64,000 nucleotides of DNA from Monocercomonoides exilis PA203 (Eukaryota > Protista > Preaxostyla): NCBI GenBank assembly GCA_001643675.2, contig LSRY02000015.1:310001-374000 (forward strand), given 5' to 3'. A model generated the notes under the pieces. It did no database searches. It saw only the letters and a list, made by a program, of their open reading frames with translations, and was not told where the DNA came from. Positions 39,627 through 52,130 of this stretch are shown piece after piece (position 1 is the stretch's first letter; every line of letters starts with the position of its first letter). The translations under genes and the position numbers were made by a program.

Positions 39627-42600
39627 ATGTTCACAACTCCTGAATCAACATTATCAACGAGAGCATGCAGTGCGTGGAATGAATTAAAAAGAATTGGTGG
39701 AGACAAAGTTGATGAGCTTTTATTATTTTTATTAACAAAGAACAAAGCAGCTGCTGATGTGGCAAATACAATTCGTCAACAATTAAATGGTAATTGTCAA
39801 TTGATTTCAAGTGAACTATTACCGATTTTTAACTGTGTTTTTTTGGTTTTTTTGTTTTCAATGTTTCACTTTGAATTATCAGAGTCTCTGAACACACTGA
39901 TGAATGATCTGGCTGTTGTTTACAATGCCTCACAAAAACACACACAGACAATGATTTTGCAAGCCGTTGCTCGTGATTATACACTGAAAAAACTTCAAAA
40001 TTTTGGCTTCGGTATATCAAGAGGACAGCACAGTTACGCTTAAAAAACTTTGCAAAAAAACAATGATCAAATTATACCTCCCCAAAAACCAACACTTCCA
40101 ATGTGCAAGCGTGGTTTGAATATATATTCTGTGTTTCTTTTATGAAGATAATAATTCAATTTTAAAAGGACTTGAAGAAGATGCTTGGCACAAAGGAAAC
40201 ACGTGGATGATTAATCATTCAACCGAAATGTTTGCATCGATGATTTGCAATCAAAAATCCTCAAAGCACTTAGAAGAAGAACAGTTTTTGGATGAATCTG
40301 CCTGGGATGATTTGATTTGCATATCATCAAATGACAAAAGACAGGAACAACCAAATAAAATAGGAGAAGAGTTATCAATAAAGTATCAGAGAATTCCTTC
40401 AAATGAAGCATCCGACTTTCAATCTCATTTTGACGATCGTTCAATATCAGCTGATTGCGAAACTGAACACGACTCTGCTGGATTTCGAAAAAAGAAAATT
40501 CATTTTTTGAGAGAAAATACAGAAACATCATCAAAAGTGATTCAAGGGAAAATATTCATGACAAACAGAGCAAATAATTCTCCCACATTTATTGCTGATT
40601 CAATTATTGAGAAAGCAAATATCGATTGCGAAAATAATAGAAACATTCCGTTTCAAACTCGTTCTGAAAAAAACTCATTGTCTCCACCAATAATTCCTCC
40701 TTATTGTCTAACTCACTTTATTGATTCTTTGGATCAGAGACAAGAAGCCAATGAATCATGTCTGACAACATTGATGAAAACAGCTGACAATTCAAACGCT
40801 AGCTTTCATGCAACATCAGAGACATGTCCTGTTAATGAATTTCATTCAAATATAAGGGTGAGCAAGAAATCCTGTTTAGGAAATTTAGCAATCCAAATGA
40901 ATTTGCCATCGATTGAGAAAAGAACAGATCAAAGTCACATGGAAAATCCTGATCGAGAAGATTTGACACATATTAATGAAGAAAGCGTGGAACTCAATTC
41001 TCAACCAAATAAAAAGGACAACAGCAAAAACCAATATGATTCAAAATGTCAAACAATAATTCGCATTCACAATCCACAAACAAAAAAGTTATCAGAAAGA
41101 AAGGGATTAATAAATTTAGGAAATACATGTTATTTATCATCGTTATTGCAAAGCTTTTCTTCTATCATATCTATAAATCCTTCAATGATCAAAGAACCGA
41201 ATTGCAAGACGTGTCTTTTAAAAATGTTGTTGGATGTTTGCTCTCAAATTCAAGGAAATTCAAATTATGTGAAGGAATGGAAGCCAGTCCTAATTGATGA
41301 ATGGGAGTCATTCTGTGGTTTCGGAAAAAGAAAACAACATAATGTTTCAGAATCATATGATTTTCTGATGAAACGGCTCATAAAAGACAATGCATTTCGT
41401 TAGGACAATATTAATATTACCACTTCCAACCACACAAAATGCAAATTTTGTGTATTTTCTTCAATTATTGTAAGCACTTCCAACAATATAATCATCAATT
41501 CAAATTCAGTGGAAAGAGGGCTGAAGAAATATTTATCGAAGGAACAGCTTTCAAAAAACAATTCAGTTTTATGTGGCAAATGCGGAAAACTTAATGAAGC
41601 GATAAAATGAACAGAGATTCGTGATTATCCACAATTATTAACAATTGAACACGAATGTTCATCCATGAAGCTATCAATTCCACCAAAACAATTATTCTTT
41701 TTTGTCAAAAATCATCACAGAACATTTGCAACTACTTCAATTGAATTTCCAAACTCGAAATCTTCAGCTCAACTTCAAACAAAAAGAAGTTATTCTTTAA
41801 TTGGACAAATTTTATTCAGGCAAACTGATCAATTTCATGGACATTATATTTCATTTGTCAGAGATTCTTGCATTGATAAAGAATCCTGGTTCATTTGCAA
41901 TGATGCTTTCGTTTCAAAAGTCAATGCTCAAAGTTGGAAACAAGCATGGGAAAATTTATTTAAAGAAGGATATATACCATCATTATCATTTTACATTGAA
42001 GATAACACAAATAATAGAAAAAATTCAATTCAAAAAGGAGGAGCACTTTCATATGTTCAACTATATGAAAAGCAAAGCAAAAAAACTGTTAACCAAAATG
42101 CACTTGAAGGAGCTATGTTAAGAGCTAACAATGACGAAGCATTTTCAATATCCTCATCAAACTTCAACAATAATTTCCCATTAAAACGGAATCAAAAATC
42201 AACTCGAATTTTTTCGCCAAATGAAAAAATACTTATTTTCAAGCCGAAATCAAGACTATGGAAAGAATTTCAGGAAGAGACAAACATTAAGTTATCACTT
42301 TCTTATTTCTACAAACTTACGACACAGTTTTATCGAGCAAAAAAGAGAACTGATGTATGTGAAATGTGTGAAAAACTTGATCATTTGGAAAGAAAATTGA
42401 GGTCTGTTCCTTTTTCAAAAAGAAGCAAATCGGATATGAAAAATTTTTCAATTTTGAAAATGCACAAAACATACGCGGAATGGCAACGAAAAAATTTTCA
42501 AGAAACAGTTCATGATTTGAAGGAGAATGAAGTGATATTGCTGTTTGATTTCAAAGAAAAATGGAAATTGCCGATCAGATTTCACCAGCTTCAGCAAGAA

Positions 42601-43491
42601 TATTATGATTACAAACAATTATCACATTTCACAGTGATTTCTATTCAAAAACAAAATGATCAGTATATAAAAAAAACTTTCAACTTTCTATCAGAATGCC
42701 TATCAAATGATTTTCGATTTGTAATAGAGTGTTAGCAATCGGTTTTGAAAAGATCATTCTACAAAAACTCTTCGACTTTCAAATTTTTCTGTGATTCCGG
42801 TCCTCATAACCGGAATCGCTTTGTGCTTCACTTTCTATTGCGAAGCAAATCTTCTTTTCTGAAAGGGAAAAAATGTGAAGTGAATTATTTCACAGAACAT
42901 CACGGAAAGAATCTTTGTGATGGTGAATTCGGTGTTCTGGTCAACTCGGTTAATAATTTCCTTTCTGATGAGAATGTTTTATCATTGCAGGATTTAATTT
43001 CTTTTTTCAAAAAGCATGTTGAATCTCATACAGTTTCACAAGTCCCTATTTCACAAAGGCAAAACCAATCAACTTCAACAAATATTTCTTCATCAGAGAA
43101 TTCTCAACTTGAATTATCAGTGAACGACAGATATTTTGAAGAATATATTTCATCACAACAGAAAGTTTGGCCTTCTTTTGTCATTCCACACATGAAAGAT
43201 TTCTTGTTTTTTGAAAGCGAGAATAATCATGTATTCGGATCTGCAGTCGGCTATTCTCCACAGCGCTGTTTAATTGATCTTCAAGGAACAATAAAGAATG
43301 AAACAGTTTTGAATGAAAGAAAAACATGTTCAAAGCAGCAAAACTCACAAAATGTCATCAATGTTCCACAATCTTCAATTGAAATGATTTGCAGACGTAA
43401 CAGACTTTTGCGCAATTCATTAACATTTGATTTCTGTAATTGTCCCATATGGGTGATTTTTTTTGATATCATAAAAAATTCCGACGTTTGA
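39627..43491 (+). pseudogene. USP-deubiquitinase / Sola-like DDD transposase fusion, copy 1 (four in-frame stops)
   Basis: Exons 39627-39789, 39883-40110 and 40169-43491. USP Cys box GLINLGNTCYLSSLLQ, His box GHYISFV and WFICND. Transposase LFDFKEKW, FFCDSGPHNRN and EHHGKNLCDGEFG. Stops at 40041, 41401, 41608 and 42733 align with K, K, W and L of copy 2. Confidence 0.85.
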
Positions 43492-45519
43492 TCATAAAAA
43501 ATTATCATTAAGGGTGAGGTTGAAAAGATTAATTTTATTTGTAATTGCATGAAATTAAAGTTTAATTAATAATAATTATTATTTATATGTTGATTTTAAC
43601 TTGATTTTTATAGCTTTTATTACAAAATTTGAAAAAAAACATTTAAAAATTTTTGAAAATATCGACAATTCAATAAACACAACAAAACATTTTTTTAATC
43701 GTTAATATAACATGAAAACAACAATAACAATATATTATCAATCATTTTTTTATATAAAAACTTGTTTAATGAGTTATAACAAAGAAATTTTTATAATTGA
43801 ATTGAAGATCTTAGAACTTTAGTTGAAAACAATCAATTTTTAAAAGCACACATAAAAAAATATAATAGTTAAACTAGATATTCATCAGATATACAAATAT
43901 TTGCTGTTTATTTTTCTATAAAAGCAAATAATACTTTGAAGAAGTTATTAAAATAAATTGATTAAAGTTTTTTTAAAAAATTACAAAAAAATATTTCAAA
44001 AAATGAAAAGTAATACGAGAATTTCTGCTTTTTATTCTTAAAAAGCTCGCAACTTTTATGATCTCATCTTTTTCATCCTCTACTCTTCTTTTTGGCATTG
44101 CCTCAGTTGCTCGGCGAACATTCCACTCAACTATTTTTCTGAATATGCTTCTCTGTGTAATTTCTTTTTCTTCGCAAATCACTTTGAAAGCTGCACAGAT
44201 ATATCACTAAGATTCATAGAATTCTTCAACAGCCATGCTTGGCTCAGTTTCAACGTTGATTTGAGGATGCATGGGTTCTTTTTGAAAGTGAAGAGGATGT
44301 TTTTTGGGCTGATAACAATCAGATCTTGGAGGCTGATGCTGTGCAAGTTCGAAACACTGGGCGAAGTGGAGAGCATAATGTTTTCACAGATCAAGTGCAC
44401 CGGGTGTGTGATTGTGGGTGGGGAGAAGGGGAGCGGAGACGGTAGATGTGTAAAGATCGCAGCGAGGCCAGAGGAGGTTAGCGAGGCCAGGCACAGACAC
44501 ATGGATTGAGCAGCTGGGTGTTCTTGGGGGAGGTTGATGCATCCAGGCAGTTGACCCCTCGAGCACGTGGTGTTGGCGGTGGTAGATGCAGTCCATTTCA
44601 ACTGAAACATGCCCAGCGCCGACCTCCTCCTTTCATTTTCAACCTCCACTTCGCCTCCCACTCCTCCCACCGACCCCAACCTCGATGTCGACCTCCTCCC
44701 CTTCATCACTTTTTTCCGCTCCTACTAGATAATCTTCAACCAGGACACTGGCTTTTCTGCTCGCCAGGTCAGCTTCCTGCTTGACCCCTGCATCTCCCTT
44801 TCCACTGTTGTACTCTGCATCTGCCGCTCAATAGAAAACTCCCTCTGGATCAGCCCACTCTTCCCTCTTCTCCCTCCTCGACGGATAACTAGCTGTGTCC
44901 TCCTTCCTCTTTTCCGCGGCTGACCAGCTCGTCCGCCTCATCAAACCCCTCAATTGTTCTTGACGAGAAATCCTTCGCCTCTCCAACATAACTGTCCATT
45001 CCCTCCCCCCTCACCTGCCCTGCTCATCATGCTCTCTCCACTTCCTCCCTCTTTCCATCCCATGCCAACCTCTCCGCCCTCAGTGCTGCCTCGCCTGTGC
45101 TCCTATTCGACGATGACATCAGCAACTTTATTGAGTATCTCATCACCACAAATCTCTTCATCGGAGGTTTCAGCGTTGTAATTCTCATCTCACTGTGTTG
45201 AATCACTCAATAAGCTCCTTCACTATGATGCGTTCCATCTTCACTACCATCTCGCTCGACAAGCTCTGTTGGAGTGTGCATACCGACAACTTCCAGCTCA
45301 CCAGCAAAAGCCATTCCATTTGTATATTTTCCCACACCACCAACTGCAACCTCGTCTACTCCAACTCCAGTGCACTCAATATCGCCTCGTTCAAATGAGG
45401 AGGTGGCGGCATCCTTCCAGGCACCTCTTGGTGGCTCCTCAACTGTTGATTCACTCGGCGCTGAATTCACAATCATCTCTCTCCTCTGCCTTTCGTATCG
45501 ATGCTTTCAGGCTTTCGTG

Positions 45520-48500
45520 TTAAGGAAAAAACAGATGAAACGACAAACCTTGAAATCTGTCATTCTTTGCTCTGAGAGAAAGAGAGATAAGAAGGGGATA
45601 TGGGAGAATTGAAGAAGGGGAAGAAGGAGAAGGAAAAGAAGAAGATGAATCGAGTTGTGAAGATAAAATAAGAGGATGGGGAAGAGAAAGTTGAAAAAGG
45701 GGATACGAAGAAGAGGAAGAAGAAAAAGAAGAAGAAGAAAAAGAGGAGGAAGAAGAAGAAGAAGAAGAAGAAGAAAAAGAGGAGGAAGAAGAAGAAGAAG
45801 AAGAAGAAAAAGAGGAGGAAGAAGAAGAAGAAGAAGAAGAAGAGGAAGAGGAAGATAACATTGACAATCTGTTGAGAAGGAGAGGAGGAGAAGAGGGAGA
45901 AGGAGATGAAGAAGGAGAAGGTAAATGTGATGGTACAGGAGAAGGAGAAGGCAAAAGAGAAGGAGAAGGGGAAGAAGAAGGGGAAGAAGAAGAAGGTGAA
46001 GAAGGGGAAGAAGAAGAAGGTGCATAGGGGAGTATGGAAGAAGTTGTTGAGAGGAGAGCAGAGGCATTGAATTGAGTTTGAGTGAAAAGAAGAGGAGGAG
46101 GAGGAATATTCAGAGGAGGTTGAAGAAAAGCATCATCAGCTGCATTTGTTGTGTATGCATTCACATTCTGTTCTTCAACACTTTCTGTTGAAGAATGTGA
46201 AGAAGAAGATGATGACGACGAAGGAGAAGATGAAGGCAACGTTTGTGAGTTAATTTCAACATTACTTGCTTCTGTGTTTGTATTTAGCTTATTTCTGGAT
46301 TTATCATCCTCTTCTTCTTTTCTTTCTCTTCATTCTTCTCCTTTTTTCTCCTTTGACTGCACAGACACTCAGAAAACATTCCACAAAATGTGATGCTAAA
46401 TACATAGCCGTATCGCTTCCTAGATGTTCATCAAACACTCCATAAATGCCACATCCCTTCAGCTTCTTGTCAAAATATGGAATTGGAGGAATTATTCCCT
46501 TTGATTCAGTGGATAAAGGTTGTGAATTATGTGAAGGTCTATTTGCAGACGAAGAATTCAGAGCTTCTGAAAGAGAGGCAGTTTCGTTTGAAGCAGGCTT
46601 CTGTGTATAAAGAGACTCTGTTTCGTCGACGAGCTCAAATTCATCCGTGTCGAGCGTTTCTTCATTGGATTGACCAGAGTTTTCCTGGTTTTTCTTTCCA
46701 TCCTTTCCTTTTCTTCTCCATTCTTTTCTCTTTCTTTTCATTCTTTCCTTCTTCCTTTTCTCCTTCTCTCTCATCCTCCTTTCCCAGATCTCAGCCACTC
46801 TGTCCTCCAGTGCCTTCGTTCCTTTCTCAGTAAACATCAGCTCCTGCGGATTTTTCAGTATGTGAGCCAAAACCCCCACTTCTCCGTCGCACAAGCTTCT
46901 CTATGTCACATCCATCAACAGGCAGCAGCAACACGATGTCTTCCATCGTGCTTCTCCTTTTGCAACTCTCAACACAGCCGACCCAGTGGTGGAGAAGATG
47001 TCGAAATAGTCAGTCAAGTCTTTGCTGAAGAAGACGAAAGAGACCAGTTCCGCTTCTAACTTGCTTCCGGCTTCTTCTTCTGCCTTTTGATTTCAGATGC
47101 ATTTTGCGAGAGAGTTGAGCATGTATGTGCAGTAGAAATCGGTTTGAGGGTGTGGCCGCTGTGCTTCTTGTGTGTCTGTGCAAGTGGCTGGTTGAGATGA
47201 GGAGATTGTTTGAAAACAGATGTATTTTGAGAGGATGATGAAGAAGATGAAATAGAAGAAGATGATGATGACGACGACGATGATGAAGCAGTTGGTACAG
47301 CTGTTGAGGAAGGAGATAAGGTTGTTGTTGATGAGCTGGATTTTGAATGGGATGAATTTATGGAATGAGAGTGTGAGTGAGGCTTTGAAGAAGAAGAAGA
47401 AGAAGAAGAAGCAGAAGCAGATGTGCTTGGAAATGGCAAATAAGGCTGCGAAACTTCAACTTCACTTCTATTAGGAGAAAAAAACGAAACATTAAGACCT
47501 CTCAAATTTATTATTGAATAACGCCTTCACATTTTCACTTTGCGTTTTCTCCGAATGTTTTCGTTCTTTTGAAATACAACTCTCTTCTTCATCTTCTTCT
47601 TTTGATGTTCTTTTGAAGGAGACAAGTTTTCTGAAATTTTATCTTCTCCTTTTTCTATAGATAGAAATGTGATTTTATTCTGAATGACATCTGCAAAGCT
47701 TCCATATTGAACAGCTTGCCAGAAAAAATTATTGATCTTTTCGAATCGACAGCTCTTTCATCATCCAAACAACAAGAGGAGATTCAACATTCTCCTTCAT
47801 CCGCACCTTCCTCTACTTTGCTCCACTTTTGAAATTCGATTCGCTTCTCTCAATCTTCTTCTTCTTCAGATACGAGGCAAATGCCTCCCGCTTCTTCTCA
47901 GCCTGCTCCAGCGCCTTCTTCTGCTCGTCTTCGAGCTTTTCACGTTTTTTCTCAAAGTTCTTATTCTCTTCCTCCAGCGGCTCCTTTGTCTCCTTCTCTG
48001 CTTTTTCCTTCTCCATCTTCTCATCTTCGTCTGTATCGCTTTCTCCAACTCAGTTCGTTCGATGCGGCTTGGAATAGCTGACAATTTTGGCTCAGGAATG
48101 CACAATGACGAAGAAGAAACAGGATTAAATATTTGATTGGTGAAAGTTGGTGTATTGGTGGAAGATGGAGATATAGATAACTTTGAAAAAGGAAGTGAAA
48201 GTGATGGTGATGAAGAAGGAAAAGCATTATCAATGTGATTGTCATCAGATGGAATTTGTGAGGATGACGAAGAAGGAGATGATGATGATAAAGAAGAGGA
48301 GGAAGGAGAAGAAGAAAAGGATGCTGATCTAGTTGATTGGAGCGTTGGCTGAAGAGTCTGATTTGGTCCATTTAACGTTGTGTTAATTGCATTTTGCTGG
48401 TTAAAAGGCAAGTTTTTCATTCTTTCAGCTTCTCTTTTTATTTCGTCTCTCAGCTTCCTTTCTTTTATTCGCCTCAATCTTTCATCAAATTTCTGTCTCA

Positions 48501-49500
48501 CCTTCATTCATTGCTCCTTTCACCACATCCACATCTTTCATTTCCTCCTCAAACAACTTGTCATCAGTAGACGCAATGTCACCCTCCGATTTCAGAGTCA
48601 GCATCCTTTCGCATGTCAGCGACGAATACAGCGAGAGAAAATCTGTATTCTTCTTCTTCTCTTTCCTCCTCTTCATCCCTTCCAGCGTGGCAAGAATGCT
48701 GCTTCGTAGATCCTTTGCGTGTTTGTTGGAACTTTGTGGAGGGATCAATAAAGAAATCTGATTGAAGATGAAGCAGATGCCTGTGATTGAGAAATAGATG
48801 AGGGAAATGTTTTGTTTGAAGTTGTTTTCTTTAACCAGAAGAAATAATCTTCGTCTTCTTGGAATAGAACCATGTCATCTTTGCTGCATTTCTTCCCTTT
48901 CGCTGTCATTTTGGATTCATCTTTTGGATCCCGGAAAAACGTCTTGCTTCTCCGAGACGAGGAAGAAGACGTTGAAGAAGAAGAAGAAGATGATGATGAT
49001 GATAATGATAAAATCACTGAAGACGTATCACAAGCGCACTTGCTTTCTTCAAGCTGATTTCGATGCTTCTGACGAGCTGCCATATAGCACTTTCAGCTCG
49101 CTTTTCCTTCTCTCTTCGTTCTCTTCGTCCTCCACAGAAAATAGTCCATCTCCTCTTTAGCACCTTCTCATTGAGTTCGCATTGCCCACCTCTGCTTATC
49201 TTCATTACGAAATAAAACCCAAATAGTCTTTGTGTTCAACTAATTTTCCATATTACAGCCATTTCAGCAGGAAGGAATTACAAGAGATGTTCTGCCTTAA
49301 TCAAATGACTCCAAATGGATCACTCGATCTACTTTGCTTTTGGAAGTGCCATCTTTCTCTTTCTTCAAAGAATCCTCATGTTCAATTCCTTTATCTTTCT
49401 CTCTTTCTCTCTCAATTAGCGATGTCAATTTCCCTTCCATATTATCTCCGCTGAACAATATTTCATTCTTCTCTCTCATTCTCCATCTTTTTGCAGTTCT
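45520..49500 (-). pseudogene. Disrupted PP2C (PPM)-phosphatase-like gene with long low-complexity regions
   Basis: ESCKRRSTMED (~46930-46970) and GIYGVFDEHLGSDTAMYLASHF (~46385-46450) match PP2C motifs 1-2. They lie in different frames, with many stops and no later PP2C motifs. Extent approximate. Confidence 0.55.
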
Positions 49501-49561
49501 CATTGTCTTCATCTCCTTCTATTCCTTCTCCCTCTTCCACTTTCTCTCTTCCATCAACTGA

Positions 49562-49927
49562 CTCGCAAGCATCGTCTCGCTCATCTCCATTGCCCTCCTC
49601 TTCGCGTTCTTCTCTCCCAGCTTTCGGTTCAGCCCCCGTCTTGTCTCCCGCATCTTCACTGCCCCTTCCCTCCGCTCCCGCTCCTTCTCGTCCTCCCGCA
49701 GCATCACTGACACCTTGTACCCTTCCCCCACATTCATCTTCTTCTGCACCGTCGTCAGGCACGAAAGCTCCGATTCCTTAAAGAACTCCCCCCGCGACTT
49801 CAGAAGCAGCGTCGGCGACATCCCTTCTGCTTCCCCAGCTGCACACCGCCTCCGCAGCTCCTGCTTCCCCGACAATGCCCGTTCTGCCTCCCACAACTCA
49901 AACAGCCCAATCGACTCCTGCACTTTG
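49562..49927 (-). repeat. 366-bp GC-rich coding-like block; inverted copy of 61181-61546
   Basis: Both translate identically (VQESIGLFELWEAERALSGKQ...MSETMLA); the boundaries are sharp. Confidence 0.95.
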
Positions 49928-50780
49928 CACTTCGACTGTCAACTCTCGGCACGCTATGTTTCAGCTTATCACCAACCAAATGGACGCACACCAACGCCGC
50001 ACCATCTGTTTTCTGCTCGCAATTCTGAGACTAGCATATTCAACAGACTCGTCTGCTTCGTCAAAATAAGCCATGTGAGAATGTTTTCTGTATCTGAATC
50101 AGAGAAAAAATAAAATAAAATTATGAAATGGCCTTAAAATTATAATTATTAAGTTCAAAATTAATTTTAAAAAAAAATGAAGATTTAATTAGATAGATTG
50201 AACAAAATAACCTTTCTAATTTTCTATTCTGCCCCTTTCTATTCTCATTCCTTTATCTCTCCTCCTTCTTTAGTTCTCATTCGTTTAATTTCTCTGCAGT
50301 TCTGTTTCTGCAACAAATATCTCCCTTTCGCTGCATAAGACATGAGCATTCTTTTGCCTTTCTTGCTCTTCCGCTGCTGTCTCCAGCCGACAAACAATTG
50401 AATTCCCCGTCTCATTGCGTTTGTAACTTAGCGCTGTGAAAGCACTTTCACATTAAAAATATGCCACTGCTTCAATAATAGCTGCAACTCACCAAGAAAA
50501 TGAATGAATGAATGATGTTTCATTCGTCTTGTTGGTGCACGAGCAGCAGAGTGAACTTAATCAGTGCCAGAGAATATGTTCGGTTGAAAGCAGAATCTGA
50601 TGAAATCTTTGATTTTTTAAAAACCATTTCTCATAAAAGCCGCAACGCAAGATAAATACAGGCCAACAGTATAAGAATCAGATATTACTGACAAACAAAT
50701 ATAAAATAAAAAGATTTTGATTATATTTTGACATATTTTTTAAAAAAAGTGGAAAATAAAAAATATATTTGAGAAATAAT

Positions 50781-51257
50781 AATATTACTTCAAACATTAA
50801 AAAATAGAAAGTTTAAGCAAGCTGGTTAAAAGTTGGAAAAGCAAGTGGTTTTGAAAAAATGAAAGAAACAAAACTCCAGCTTTAATCAGAACCATATCTT
50901 TTTGAATTCTTGAGTGTTAATCGTAAAAAAACAAATATCAGAAAAAAAAATTGAAATGTACATTTTGTTGTTGTGCGTGCAATAAGAGTTAGCAAACGAT
51001 TTTTTTCAGATTTTAAAACGCCGTATTCGAAGAACAAAAGCTCTGTTTCTTCGTCCAATCAATGAAAATGACTGAAATGACAGAATCCTCAGGGGTCTTT
51101 TTTTTGCATAAAATGATTGCTTTCACAATTTTAACTTCATCTATTGCCAAAAAACTGCATTCTTCTACCTGCAATTTTCGCCCTTTACAGCTTATTTTTT
51201 TGATCTTTTTTTCGCAAAAAAAATAAAATAAAGGGTTGGATCCTTTTTTTCATTCAA
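50781..51257 (-). repeat. Left inverted-repeat arm (pairs with 58804-59259 and 56144-56341)
   Basis: The reverse complement of 50844-51236 reads the same as 58804-59196, with a degenerate extension to 50781/59259; 51060-51257 pairs with 56144-56341. Confidence 0.95.
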
Positions 51258-51919
51258 ATCTGTCGTTAATTACATGTCATATTTATTTATTTTTCATGCA
51301 TTGCTGAATGATTTAATGAATGATTGTTTCAAAAATGTGTTTATTTTATGTTATTGAGTTTTGCTGAAAATCATAGAAAAATGAGTGAAATGAAAGAAAA
51401 TACGTTTAAAAATAACAATTGTTCACCAATCAAAATGACATAAAAAAACAAAAAGTACTTCATGATATTAATCATTAGAAAAATAGAAAACAATCAGAAT
51501 ATTTTTGATCAGATTCAATAACTTTCAAAAAAACATAATTCTATCACTTAATCATAAAACTATCTCCAAATGTCAACTAAATATCAACAATTTTGAACAA
51601 TGAAAAATATAAGAAGAAATAGCACTATTTCAACAAATTCATGGAATCAAAGACAATTCCTAACAAAAAAGAATACTTATATAAAAAGTTCAAAAACTAA
51701 CTTGTCTATTTTCCCTTTGTTTTCCATCCACTCTCCACTTTCTGATATTTCTCTCACTTTGACTCTAAAAGATCAAATCCAACAAAGAAAAAAGACAGAC
51801 ACAATGATAAAACAACATTTCACACTCTCGTCAACTCTCCCTTCCAAAAACCTCACACAAAGATCAATGAATTCCCTCACAACTCTCTCTATTAATGAAT
51901 CTCGATATATACAAATATA

Positions 51920-51963
51920 ATAGGGACAATAACCAATTTAATAATAGGGACATTATAGGGACA
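51920..51963 (+). repeat. Three ATAGGGACA direct repeats
   Basis: Copies at 51920, 51944 and 51955; a related AGGGACA at ~52137. Confidence 0.85.
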
Positions 51964-51988
51964 AAAAGCACAAGAAAACAATCGGATT

Positions 51989-52126
51989 CTAACTGTTGTG
52001 CACCTAGGAGGCTGTTCGTCGTATCCAGGTCCGGATATTGCAGCCCAAAAACTGCAATATCTAATACGAACAGTCATGTCCAGCACCCTTCCGATAGAGT
52101 GCCAGCTAAGCATACACAACAACTAG
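51989..52126 (-). ncRNA. Putative structured RNA (multi-stem) immediately 3' of the USP-transposase stop codon
   Basis: Hand-folded on the minus strand: outer stem CUAGUUGUUGUGUA/UGCACAACAGUUAG, CUUAG/CUAGG, hairpin GCACUCU/AGGGUGC, CUGUUCGU/ACGAACAG and GAUAUUGCAG/CUGCAAUAUC. The non-Watson-Crick pairs within these stems are G-U only in this orientation. Confidence 0.6.
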
Positions 52127-52130
52127 TTTC

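Noticed and set aside
39627-43491. Stop-codon reassignment (TAA/TAG=Gln, as in some oxymonads) explaining the in-frame stops
   Set aside because: The stops align with K, K, W and L in the paralogue and include TGA. Intact genes end in TAA and long ORFs lack internal TAR, so these are nonsense mutations.
45690-45860. Tandem purine-rich repeats resembling an array
   Set aside because: GAA/GGA microsatellite encoding poly-Ser on the minus strand; there are no unique spacers, so it is not CRISPR-like.
51989-52127. The fold as tRNA, 5S rRNA, SECIS, hammerhead or Helitron 3' end
   Set aside because: No T/D-loop, 5S loop C/E, SECIS GA quartet or CUGAnGA/GAAA core is present. A plus-strand CTAG-T exists, but the nearest hairpin is ~20 nt away and pairing favours the minus strand.
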